DNA of 64,000 bases from Patescibacteria group bacterium (GTDB lineage Bacteria > Patescibacteriota > Minisyncoccia > Ryanbacterales > GWA2-47-10b). Positions 1 through 8,405 of this stretch are shown piece after piece. Numbering within the stretch: the first letter of the stretch is position 1; each line of letters begins with the position of its first letter. The notes below the pieces were generated by a model. That model saw nothing but the letters and a program-made list of their open reading frames with translations, was not told the origin of the DNA and searched no databases. The stretch lies in NCBI GenBank assembly GCA_038065475.1, contig JBBTQY010000003.1, forward strand, positions 14,464 to 78,463, read 5' to 3'. A program made the translations under genes and the position numbers.

Positions 1-992
1 ATAGTAAGCCCCGCAGTTTTGATAGTGAGAAGTGGACCACTCACGTTACCTACTGGTTGCAATGGTACCGGCTGACCTGTACGAGTGTTGGATGCTTGCC
101 AACTATCAAAGTTGGGATTTGCTGAAACATACACCGTTTGATTGTTAGCGAAACTCCCGCTGATATTTCCCTTTACTGTATAAACAGAGTTGCCGGACAA
201 AGATACAAACTCATCAGTAATCGTCACCCTGCCATTCACGGGGTCAACGGGTCCTGCTATCCGCACATTACTTGCATTGTAAATGGAAACGCCCGTGACG
301 TTGTCAGCTATTCCTGGCGCACCAGACACATGAATTGTAAAAACAGATCTTCTCACTGCGACAGAATCTAATCCTTGTACACTGAAGTTAAAAAGACCGA
401 GCGTCGCTTGTTGCACACCTGCAGAAATATTTTGTGGAACTAATCCGCCAGCAGACAGAGTTAACTCAGAGACATCACCACATTGAGTCGCTATCCCATC
501 TCGAGTTTCCTGCAACACCTTCCCATACTCAGGGTCGCCCTGATTTGGATAGGCAACGCCAAACTCACGCTGAAACGCCTGCACTACAGTTGCAGTGCGA
601 TCACCATAGTAGCCAGTCACAAGATCGCTCTTATCAGTAAGTCGATTTAAATTATTCCAATAGGTCGCTGAGTAACGCCCCTTGTATTGCCAAAGAAATT
701 CTTGAAGCGCAGTAACTTCGCCGCGCTCACGTACAATTGGATTATATGAAAGGATGCGATCGGCACTTGTTTTTTTAAGATCTGAGATGATTCGTGGGGA
801 CGGACAAGCAACTGAAGGAGTGGTAAGTTGAGTTTCAAGTGTATTGACAGTATTGAGCGCTGAAATAATTTGCGCCTGCAACATGGTAACCTCATCTACC
901 GAAAGATGAGATGCACTCGCAATTGATCCGAGCGAGAGCATCAACGAAACTGTACCGACAATAAAAAATTGCGGCTTAAAGAAATACTTCAT
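1..992 (-). CDS. Partial (3' end beyond window) secreted protein. Has an N-terminal signal peptide, a putative peptidoglycan-binding-like domain, and a Ser/Thr/Asn-rich beta-rich C-terminal region.
   Basis: I translated the minus strand by hand from the ATG at 992-990, giving MKYFFKPQFFIVGTVSLMLSLGSIASA... followed by a VTALQEFLWQYKG...AFQREFG motif resembling a PG_binding_1 domain. I checked for stops in this frame only over 1-120 and near the start and found none there. The ORF runs off the window edge, so it is absent from the supplied ORF track. Long antisense ORFs on the plus strand (138-371, 434-640) are consistent with a real gene here. Confidence 0.45.
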   Translation of the reverse strand, partial: MKYFFKPQFFIVGTVSLMLSLGSIASASHLSVDEVTMLQAQIISALNTVNTLETQLTTPSVACPSPRIISDLKKTSADRILSYNPIVRERGEVTALQEFLWQYKGRYSATYWNNLNRLTDKSDLVTGYYGDRTATVVQAFQREFGVAYPNQGDPEYGKVLQETRDGIATQCGDVSELTLSAGGLVPQNISAGVQQATLGLFNFSVQGLDSVAVRRSVFTIHVSGAPGIADNVTGVSIYNASNVRIAGPVDPVNGRVTITDEFVSLSGNSVYTVKGNISGSFANNQTVYVSANPNFDSWQASNTRTGQPVPLQPVGNVSGPLLTIKTAGLT

Positions 993-1126
993 GAGTTTGG
1001 AATAAATAATGTGTGATGGGTAAGCAACCAGCGTAAGCGACCAACTTGACGCGCACTTTTTGAGCAGCAAAAAGTATACCTTTATTGTAAAAAAGGCTTT
1101 CTTTTTAGTCGCTTATAATAGAAGAT

Positions 1127-1795
1127 TTACTTGTTGATAACCAAGACAAACTCGCCCTTGATGTTTTTTTCTTTTTCGATGGAATCTCTTATCGAAACAA
1201 TATTCATTCTTAATGTTGTCTCATAAACCTTACTAATTTCTTTTATAAGTACTGCATCAAACATTGATAAACCCATATCAGAAAGCTCTGTTAGCGTCTT
1301 TAAAATCCTGTGCGGAGATTCATAGAGTACTACGGGGTATGGAGAGGCTTTTACCTCTTCAAAAAACGACTTCCTTCCCTTTTTAACTGGAGGAAAGCCA
1401 AGAAAAGTAAATTTATCTTCATGAAGACCTGCGATAGATATTGCCGCAGCAAGTGCTGATGCACCAGGAATTGGTATAATCGTAACTTGCGGCAATTCGC
1501 GCGCAACACGTGATACAAAATGCGCACCTGGATCAGCGATACCGGGAGTACCTGCATCAACCACGTAGGCAATAGACTTTCCCTGCTCAAGCAGATTGAT
1601 TACGCCATTAAACGCGTTGCGTGGTGAATGTTCATGGAGTGCAATGAGCTGTTTATGAATATCGTAGTGTGACAAAAGTTTACGCGTATGGCGCGTATCT
1701 TCGGCAACAATAATATCAACCTCACGCAATACCTCGAGTGCGCGTAAGGTAATATCTTTTAAATTACCAATGGGCGTGGCGACGATATAGAGCAT
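1127..1795 (-). CDS. rsmI: 16S rRNA (cytidine1402-2'-O)-methyltransferase RsmI (tetrapyrrole methylase family)
   Basis: N-terminus MLYIVATPIGNLKDITLRALEVL...IVAEDTR is the classic RsmI signature. Length is 222 aa. Confidence 0.9.
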   Translation of the reverse strand: MLYIVATPIGNLKDITLRALEVLREVDIIVAEDTRHTRKLLSHYDIHKQLIALHEHSPRNAFNGVINLLEQGKSIAYVVDAGTPGIADPGAHFVSRVARELPQVTIIPIPGASALAAAISIAGLHEDKFTFLGFPPVKKGRKSFFEEVKASPYPVVLYESPHRILKTLTELSDMGLSMFDAVLIKEISKVYETTLRMNIVSIRDSIEKEKNIKGEFVLVINK

Positions 1796-1804
1796 GCGCC
1801 CACC

Positions 1805-2254
1805 CTACCATACGCGCGCGCCAATTTGAATATTATGTCGCTCGGCCAACCCGCTATTCACTTCGAGTACACGATCTACCTCGCTCGGTGATGAAACTGT
1901 CGTGAGACCTTCATTGATTGTGGGAAGAACATCGACACCAATCACGACATCACCGCGAATCCAAATAACATCGAGGGGTATCAATGTGTTTTTATTCCAA
2001 AAAGTTTGAAGACTGGAACTCTCAAAAAGAAAAAGCATGCCAGCGTTCTCGGCAAGCTCGCGGCGATGCATAAGACCGCGCGCATGTTCGCTGGACGTGC
2101 GCGCAAGCTCTACAATAAGTTTATTTTCTCCGAGAATAATTTCTTGGGTAGACATCCCTCTTTGCACACGGTCCGTGGACTGATAGATTCCATACCCCGC
2201 GAGAAGAATAAATATACCGATATAAATAAAAAGTGGCTTCTTCATTGCTTTCAA
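1805..2254 (-). CDS. DUF192 (COG1430) domain protein with an N-terminal membrane anchor
   Basis: LFLFESSSLQTFWNKNTLIPLDVIWI is the DUF192 core motif. The N-terminus is hydrophobic. Confidence 0.7.
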   Translation of the reverse strand: MKAMKKPLFIYIGIFILLAGYGIYQSTDRVQRGMSTQEIILGENKLIVELARTSSEHARGLMHRRELAENAGMLFLFESSSLQTFWNKNTLIPLDVIWIRGDVVIGVDVLPTINEGLTTVSSPSEVDRVLEVNSGLAERHNIQIGARVW

Positions 2255-2283
2255 TCTAGCATGAAAAACCCTACAATAGAAAA

Positions 2284-3252
2284 ATGAAACGTGCAGTCCT
2301 TATCACTTTTATCTTTGTGGGAAGTCTTTTTTTGTTTTCAACGCAATCCTCTCACGAAGAAATAATTGAGCAAAAATTAATTGAAGAAATCCCGCCTCCT
2401 CAGCCAGCTACCTCGCTACCTGCAGCGGCTGAGGAAAACAATCCACCGCCTCCTACTGAAGAGCAGGAAGAGTTGCCATCCCCCACCCCTCCGTCACCGA
2501 CACCCGTTACAGAATTGCCGCCTCCACCGCCGCCAAAAAAACCGATTGCGCAATCACAACTTTATACCAAAGGGCTTTCAGCGACGGTAAACTTTCTCTG
2601 CCCCAACTCTGACAATACGTATACTGTAGCGACAGGTGCTATCATCGATGCGCACGGATATATTATCTCAAATGCTCATATCGTAAATAAAAATAATTCT
2701 CAACCACTTTGCACTATTCGCGCTGGATCTCCTGCAGTACCCATCGGCAAAGCGAAACTTGTATTTATACCGCGCGATTATCAGTCTACATTAGACGAAC
2801 AGGCGAAGGCCTATTTGGACATTTCACTTTGGAAGCTAGAGGAGTCACACAATGATTGGCCGCATTGGGATATCAATTTTGACTCACGAGTAAACGAAAA
2901 TGATGAGATTTTAACTCAAAGCTACCCGGCAGAGCTTCTTTCGAGTGAAATTATTTTCAAAAATCTAGGCTTACTTTTCTCTACCGCCATCGTCTCAGAA
3001 AAAGATGAGGCTCTTATCTCTGCACACGCAACAATATCGGCACAGCATGGATCATCGGGCGGTATTCTCATTGATCCTTATACCGGAAAACTGTATGGCA
3101 TTATTTTTGGTATTAGTGCCGATCCAAAGCAGTCGGTTAGCGAACGACTTCTTTATGCCATTACGCCTTCACGCATCAACGCAATCATATGGCAGGAGAC
3201 CAAAAAACAATTCGGGGAGTATCTTGCGACACTCCCCGAACCGGCTTATTAA
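2284..3252 (+). CDS. Secreted trypsin-like (S1/S1C family) serine peptidase with a Pro-rich linker
   Basis: Signal/anchor MKRAVLITFIFVGSLFLFS is followed by a PPPQP/PTPPSP linker. GHIISNAHIV fits the His-region and HGSSGGILID fits the catalytic Ser motif GxSGG of trypsin-like proteases. Confidence 0.7.
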   Translation: MKRAVLITFIFVGSLFLFSTQSSHEEIIEQKLIEEIPPPQPATSLPAAAEENNPPPPTEEQEELPSPTPPSPTPVTELPPPPPPKKPIAQSQLYTKGLSATVNFLCPNSDNTYTVATGAIIDAHGYIISNAHIVNKNNSQPLCTIRAGSPAVPIGKAKLVFIPRDYQSTLDEQAKAYLDISLWKLEESHNDWPHWDINFDSRVNENDEILTQSYPAELLSSEIIFKNLGLLFSTAIVSEKDEALISAHATISAQHGSSGGILIDPYTGKLYGIIFGISADPKQSVSERLLYAITPSRINAIIWQETKKQFGEYLATLPEPAY

Positions 3253-3263
3253 ATTTTATTTAT

Positions 3264-3575
3264 CTATAGCGTTTGAAGGTCTGCGTCGATGTCTTTAAAC
3301 TCGGCATCGAGATTTATATCTTCAGTCCCGTTAAAATCGGCCTCTATGGCTGATGTCGAATCAGCAGCAGGTGCTTGTTGATTTTGCACTTGCGCTGGAG
3401 GAACGTAGACATCACTTGTCTGCCAAAACATCCAATAATAGACGCCTCCCGCTATTGCGAGCACGGCGAGTGCGATAACAACAACGATAAGGCCCGTATG
3501 CGATCCTGCGATTTGCGGCTGCTGTTGTGGCATTTGTGGATTGAGATTCGGCATACTTGGCGTTGGTGAATCCAT
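3264..3575 (-). CDS. Small single-pass membrane protein with a Gln/Pro-rich N-terminus and an acidic C-terminus (hypothetical)
   Basis: One clear TM helix (LIVVVIALAVLAIAGGVYYWMFW). The ORF is 103 aa and tightly packed between flanking genes. Confidence 0.4.
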   Translation of the reverse strand: MDSPTPSMPNLNPQMPQQQPQIAGSHTGLIVVVIALAVLAIAGGVYYWMFWQTSDVYVPPAQVQNQQAPAADSTSAIEADFNGTEDINLDAEFKDIDADLQTL

Positions 3576-3602
3576 AAGAAAAAGATTAGCTAATAATAAT
3601 TA

Positions 3603-4535
3603 TTAAGCTGATGGCGTTGTTGTCGCCGCTGGCGGCGGAGTGACTGGCGGCTCATCGTTGATTCCGGGAATAGCCTTGAGTGCTTCGAGAGCTGTTTTTA
3701 CTGCTTCGCGAGCAGCCTGAATGGCATCACGAATCTTTTTGAGATCATCATGAAGCGTTTTGCGAACGGTGCTTACCGAAGAGCCGAGATTTGCCTCGGT
3801 AGTTATAGTAATCGGATAGGTCTTGCTAGCTGCGTCAGCAACCAATTTCTTTGCCGTATCGATCAATCCACGTGCGGTAGTGACAGCAGCTTCAACCTGT
3901 GCGGCATCTTTACCATTGGCAGCGGCTTTGTCAGCGCGCGTGTCTATTTTGTTTAAAATCTCATCCAGATTTTCAAGAACACGATTGAAGTGTTCGATCA
4001 TTTTGTCATAGACTTCTTCAAAACGCTTATCAAGACGCTCTACAACTAACTTTTTGCGCTCATCTTTAACTATCTTAAGCTTTTCTTTGAGCTTTGCACG
4101 CTCCTGTTCTATCTTTTGCTTGGCCTCTTCTCTATGCTTTTTAGCAAGCTCCATGTGCTCTTTCCACTCTTCACTTCGATCCTCTTGAAACTCTTTGCGG
4201 GCCTCCATAATATCTTCTTGGAGCTCACGACGCTGCTCAGGAGTACTGGTACTCGCGCGAAATTCACGGCGCTTCGCATTGATATCCATGTGAAGATCAA
4301 CACGATCTTTGCGAATGCCCGCCCTTGTATCTACGCGATCAGTCTTAATATCTTTTTGCATCTCACGACGCTCTTCTTGCTTCTTTTCATTAAACTCTTT
4401 TAAAGCTTCCATGCGCTCACGATTGAGCTCTTCGAAGGGGCGTCCTGACGTGGTTGTGCTGGTTTGTGCCAGAGCAAACGAGCCCATAGAGAGGATGCTG
4501 GCGACACTCAAAACGACGATTTTTTTCATAGTCAA
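3603..4535 (-). CDS. Secreted, highly charged coiled-coil protein (hypothetical)
   Basis: Signal peptide MTMKKIVVLSVASILSMGSFALA is followed by about 250 aa of K/E/R-rich heptad-like sequence and a Pro/Thr C-terminal tail. Confidence 0.55.
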   Translation of the reverse strand: MTMKKIVVLSVASILSMGSFALAQTSTTTSGRPFEELNRERMEALKEFNEKKQEERREMQKDIKTDRVDTRAGIRKDRVDLHMDINAKRREFRASTSTPEQRRELQEDIMEARKEFQEDRSEEWKEHMELAKKHREEAKQKIEQERAKLKEKLKIVKDERKKLVVERLDKRFEEVYDKMIEHFNRVLENLDEILNKIDTRADKAAANGKDAAQVEAAVTTARGLIDTAKKLVADAASKTYPITITTEANLGSSVSTVRKTLHDDLKKIRDAIQAAREAVKTALEALKAIPGINDEPPVTPPPAATTTPSA

Positions 4536-4611
4536 AAAATATACCCTAGAATTGACCTGCTAATAATAGATACTCCTATTGTACTCTTGTTTTGAATATC
4601 GAGGGCTGTGA

Positions 4612-4645
4612 ATAATTTTAAAAAGAAAAAGGCCCGCGAACGGGC
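4612..4645 (-). terminator. Rho-independent terminator downstream of the small basic ORF and ABC exporter
   Basis: Hairpin GGCCCG-cgaa-CGGGCC is followed on the minus strand by TTTTTCTTTTTAAAA. Confidence 0.6.
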
Positions 4646-4656
4646 CGCTGGCACAG

Positions 4657-4773
4657 CTAACGCTTGAGCTTCTTGGTTGGCCGCTTCTTTTTCGCCTTTG
4701 ACGCGAGCCTAACCTTGTCACCGCGCTGGTGCCGCTTCGGATTCGGAGTATTGGACGTACCACATCCCTTCAT
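4657..4773 (-). CDS. 38-aa highly basic small protein (ribosomal-protein-like composition; identity not recognised)
   Basis: ATG at 4773 has a strong SD (GAGGGAGGG) 4 nt upstream. Product is MKGCGTSNTPNPKRHQRGDKVRLASKAKKKRPTKKLKR. An intrinsic terminator follows immediately downstream. Confidence 0.45.
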   Translation of the reverse strand: MKGCGTSNTPNPKRHQRGDKVRLASKAKKKRPTKKLKR

Positions 4774-4829
4774 CACGCCCTCCCTCTCGGTACTGTTTAA
4801 GAATACTTTAGAAAAAGTGTCTTCTCTCG

Positions 4830-6599
4830 TCAATCTTCCTCCGGCAAAAAACCGCCCGCTTGGTGCTCCCACAAAGCGGCATAAAGACCCTTTTTCTTGA
4901 CTAGCTGATCATGCGTGCCGTCCTCTACGATCTTTCCCTGATCGAGCACGATCAAACGATCCATCGCGCGAAGCGTCGAGAGGCGGTGCGCGATTGCAAT
5001 AACCGTGCGGCCCTTCATAAGATTGAGTAGTGCTTTTTGTACAGCAACTTCACTCTCACTATCGAGAGAGCTGGTCGCCTCATCAAGTAACAAAATTGGC
5101 GCATCTTTAACAAACACACGAGCAATCGCGACGCGTTGACGCTGACCGCCCGAAAGTTTTACCCCGCGCTCGCCCACCAGCGCCTCATACCCCTGTGGAA
5201 TTGCCCCGATAAATTCATGAGCCTCGGCCTGGCGTGCGGCGCGTTCTACCTCTTCCATGGTTGCATCGTCTTTGCCATACTCGATGTTGTGCCTGATAGA
5301 CCGGTGAAACAACATCGGCTCCTGTGGCACAATAGCGATCGCGCGGCGCAAGCTCTCTTTAGTAATATCAGAAATATTTATTCCATCAATATTAATAGCA
5401 CCACTGTGCAGATCATAATGACGTAGCAATAATTTTACGAGAGTAGACTTGCCCGCGCCCGATCTGCCTACCAAGCCTACCTTTTGTCCCGCAGGGATTA
5501 TAAAGGAAAGCTTTTCAAATACGTGGGCGCCACCGTAATCAAAAGAAATATCATCAAATACAATCTCGCCTTTGCGTATAGCAAGATCCTTTGCGTCAGA
5601 CTTATCAGTAACTGTGTGTTCCAAAATGATATCGGCGAGACTCTCCTCGACTGTACCCCAAGTATCGGCAAAACTATTAAACTTACTGCCAATGAACGTA
5701 AGACGATCTTCCATGAAGACAACAACTGTCAAAATTAAAATAATATCGCCCGGGGTAATACTTCCTAACCGCGCGAGGGCAATCACGCTTAAAATCATGC
5801 CGCCGATGAAAACTGCTTGCAAAAAATTATTTATCGTCAGTACAAACTCACCATACGTCCAGTTACGAAGACCAGTAGCACGCCTATCGATAATAAATTT
5901 CTTAATTCGCTCAAGCTCAAAAGAGTGATGAGTATATTCCTCCACTGCTGCCATATTAGTCAACATATCAACCGTGGCACCACCCAATGCAGTTTCTGCT
6001 TTTTGTGTTGCCGCAGAAATCGGCACACGCTTTCGAGACAACACTATATTGAGAGGCGTGATAACTGTGATCCATGCCAAAAAAATATAAGCGACTGTCG
6101 GGTTCACTCTGAACACGATGACAAAGCCCGCAATCATCGAGACGACAAAACCAAAAAACGACCACAGAAACTGATCAGCAATATCTTTGGCACCATTTGC
6201 TGCATGAATAATTTTACTTGAAAGGGCACCAGCAAAACGATCAGCAAAATATTGATGACTATGACGTGTCACGTAGGAAGTTAGCATGTAGCGACTTGAG
6301 GCGCGTACACCAGTAATCCATCGCATGCCTGTAAGCCCACTCGCTCGGTAAAGTAAATTGGAACCGAACGAAATACCTACGTAAGCAATCACCGCCCAAG
6401 TCAGCTCATCATATGAAGCGCGCGCCGCTGCATCAACGATTGTTTTAAATGCATACGGAATAGCCATGGACGTCACTGACGCCAGCGTAACCATAATAAC
6501 CGCAGCGATCATCCATCCACGATACGGCTGCGACGAGGCCCACAAAAATCGAAGCGGGCTCGTGCTTTTTGGCACATTGTCAGGCCAAAGTGACTGCAT
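4830..6599 (-). CDS. ABC transporter fused permease/ATP-binding protein (MsbA/exporter type)
   Basis: A six-TM N-terminal half is followed by Walker A GRSGAGKST, ABC signature LSGGQRQRVAIAR and Walker B ILLLDEATSSLD. Confidence 0.9.
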   Translation of the reverse strand: MQSLWPDNVPKSTSPLRFLWASSQPYRGWMIAAVIMVTLASVTSMAIPYAFKTIVDAAARASYDELTWAVIAYVGISFGSNLLYRASGLTGMRWITGVRASSRYMLTSYVTRHSHQYFADRFAGALSSKIIHAANGAKDIADQFLWSFFGFVVSMIAGFVIVFRVNPTVAYIFLAWITVITPLNIVLSRKRVPISAATQKAETALGGATVDMLTNMAAVEEYTHHSFELERIKKFIIDRRATGLRNWTYGEFVLTINNFLQAVFIGGMILSVIALARLGSITPGDIILILTVVVFMEDRLTFIGSKFNSFADTWGTVEESLADIILEHTVTDKSDAKDLAIRKGEIVFDDISFDYGGAHVFEKLSFIIPAGQKVGLVGRSGAGKSTLVKLLLRHYDLHSGAINIDGINISDITKESLRRAIAIVPQEPMLFHRSIRHNIEYGKDDATMEEVERAARQAEAHEFIGAIPQGYEALVGERGVKLSGGQRQRVAIARVFVKDAPILLLDEATSSLDSESEVAVQKALLNLMKGRTVIAIAHRLSTLRAMDRLIVLDQGKIVEDGTHDQLVKKKGLYAALWEHQAGGFLPEED

Positions 6600-6636
6600 A
6601 GACAGTCAGTATAGCCGAAAAGGCACCTTTTTGGAA

Positions 6637-6864
6637 TTACGGCCTTTCGGCTCCTATAAACCTAAACCTCGGTACTTTCTTGCCCTCTACCTCAACGTCT
6701 TCTAAAAACATTTTGAGCGGCCGCACCCATAAACTTTGATCGTCATACAATTTTTGATACACAACCAACTCTTCGAGCGTTTCGCTATGCTGTGCTACAC
6801 CAATAACTTTATAGCGCTTGCCTTTATAGTGTTCGTACTCTCCGAGCCTCGCATCATTACTCAT
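6637..6864 (-). CDS. DUF1653 domain protein
   Basis: YEHYKGKRYKVIGVAQHSETLEELVVYQKLY...WVRPLKMF matches the DUF1653 pattern. Confidence 0.65.
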   Translation of the reverse strand: MSNDARLGEYEHYKGKRYKVIGVAQHSETLEELVVYQKLYDDQSLWVRPLKMFLEDVEVEGKKVPRFRFIGAERP

Positions 6865-6884
6865 ATATATTATTTTATGTCTAC

Positions 6885-7376
6885 TTATTCCTCTATAGGA
6901 GTGTACTGATAAGACAATTGGTTATATTCATCAGTGAGGTACTCGCCTATTCCTTCCTCGTGCCAAAGGAGAAAGTAAGTAATACCTACATCGAGCGCCA
7001 AGCGACTACATACCGTACAATACGGTTTACCTGATTTTTTTATCTTTCCGCCCTCATCGACTCTTACAAAATAAAGCTTTGAGTCTTTAATCTTGTCCGG
7101 ATTTCTTTTCAGGGCATCTATGATTGCTCGCCATTCGGCGTGCACGCAACACGTTTGATCATATTTTGGTTTGCCTAGACCAAAAACTTTATCACACATT
7201 CTATATTCTTCTTTATCTAACGGTGGAGCATTGTATCCTTCCCCGATAATTTCTCCTTTTTGTACGATAACTGCTCCGCATTTCGCGCGAAGACATAAAG
7301 CCTTTTTAGCAACCTCTACTGCCCCATTCATCCATTCGATCGCTTTTTGTTCTTGCTGCTCTTTAAGATACTGCAT
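6885..7376 (-). CDS. Cytidine/deoxycytidylate deaminase-family zinc enzyme (dCMP deaminase / ComEB-like)
   Basis: Zinc-ligand motifs CVHAE and PCxxC (PYCTVCSRLA) appear in the canonical order. Confidence 0.75.
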   Translation of the reverse strand: MQYLKEQQEQKAIEWMNGAVEVAKKALCLRAKCGAVIVQKGEIIGEGYNAPPLDKEEYRMCDKVFGLGKPKYDQTCCVHAEWRAIIDALKRNPDKIKDSKLYFVRVDEGGKIKKSGKPYCTVCSRLALDVGITYFLLWHEEGIGEYLTDEYNQLSYQYTPIEE

Positions 7377-7386
7377 TTTCTATAAC

Positions 7387-7539
7387 CTATTTTTTATCAA
7401 ACAAACGAATAACCAATTGGTAACAGTTTTTGCAAATATGAAACTTTTTCACTACCTTTCCCTTTGGTGGGCTTAGTAAAATACCACCAAATTCCTTGAG
7501 TTCTTTTTTGCACTTATCGCATTTTGGTCTGATAGCCAT
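7387..7539 (-). CDS. Possible 50-aa C4 zinc-ribbon small protein (MAIRPKCDKCKKELKEFGG...ICKNCYQLVIRLFDKK)
   Basis: Hand-translated, and too short for the ORF track. Two CxxC pairs are present and no clear SD. Coordinates are approximate to +/-2 nt. Confidence 0.3.
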   Translation of the reverse strand: MAIRPKCDKCKKELKEFGGILLSPPKGKVVKKFHICKNCYQLVIRLFDKK

Positions 7540-7622
7540 ATTGTAATTAACAATATACCGTCTGATATATCAGGGAGCAAATCTAGATAGTACCTTGAGA
7601 ATACGAATTCGCCTACGATAGA

Positions 7623-7649
7623 TTGACTTTTCCATAGATTTATTATAAA
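7623..7649 (+). promoter_or_regulatory. Putative sigma70-like promoter (TTGACT-N15-TATAAA) for the small Cys-rich gene at 7681
   Basis: Read directly from the sequence. The spacer is short (15 nt), so this is tentative. Confidence 0.3.
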
Positions 7650-7680
7650 AAAGATGGAAAGTCGGAAGGAGAAAAGCGCG

Positions 7681-7857
7681 ATGCCAACCCTAACGCCGGA
7701 AGAGCAAAGGGATATGCTCGGGCCAAGGTCATACACGTGTAGCCGTTGTGGCCAAGAGCCGGTCAAGAACTATTGTAGAGAGTGCGACGAGTTCTTCAAT
7801 ACCTGTGGCTGCCCACCAGACGCGCGGGACAACCACAGAGGCCATCGCACCTACTGA
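7681..7857 (+). CDS. 58-aa Cys-rich putative zinc-binding small protein
   Basis: Internal ATG of the 7654 ORF with GGAAGGAG 9 nt upstream. CSRCG...CREC...CGC cysteine pattern. A T-rich tract follows the stop codon. Confidence 0.4.
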   Translation: MPTLTPEEQRDMLGPRSYTCSRCGQEPVKNYCRECDEFFNTCGCPPDARDNHRGHRTY

Positions 7858-7900
7858 CACGCCCAAGGCCAACGCCAAGGGCTATTTTATTTTTTATAAA
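7858..7900 (+). terminator. Weak putative intrinsic terminator after the small Cys-rich gene
   Basis: A short GC stem (GCCC...GGGC) is followed by TATTTTATTTTTTAT. Confidence 0.3.
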
Positions 7901-7910
7901 TCATAGAGAT

Positions 7911-8405
7911 CTATACCTCCCCCGTCTCAAACAGGTCTTTACTGATAATTTTGCTTGTATACTCTTGATCCGATGGTCTATCAAATATAAACTTCCCCCC
8001 AAACTTCTTCCCTTCCAAAAACAAGGGTAGCCAATAACGATCATCCGGCCACATTTGGTCGAAAGGAATCTTTTCTATATCAAACCACTGTGGCTCCATC
8101 TCTTCACTCTCCTTTGGCACCCCCTTCCATGCGATCACTTGAAAAATATGAACTTCTAGTATTTTTGGATCATTTTGAAATTCGAAATCAAGCACCCCCC
8201 GTTCTTCTAACTCGGTGGGCTCAATCCCAGCTTCTTCCCTCACTTCTCTTTTCGCCGATTCCTCAATGGCCTCGCTCAACTCTACCTTGCCACCAAAGCC
8301 ATTCCACCTCCCCTCACCAAATCCTCGTTTTTTCATCCCTAAAAGAATCTGTCCGGTTTTTTCTACAATACACAGCGTGAGAATTTTTCTCTCCTTACTG
8401 TCCAT
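7911..8405 (-). CDS. Nudix hydrolase (MutT/8-oxo-dGTP diphosphatase-like)
   Basis: Nudix box GGKVELSEAIEESAKREVREEAGI. Start placed at the internal ATG (MDSKERKIL), which overlaps the secA stop by about 11 nt. The longer track ORF would overlap secA by about 100 nt. Confidence 0.8.
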   Translation of the reverse strand: MDSKERKILTLCIVEKTGQILLGMKKRGFGEGRWNGFGGKVELSEAIEESAKREVREEAGIEPTELEERGVLDFEFQNDPKILEVHIFQVIAWKGVPKESEEMEPQWFDIEKIPFDQMWPDDRYWLPLFLEGKKFGGKFIFDRPSDQEYTSKIISKDLFETGEV

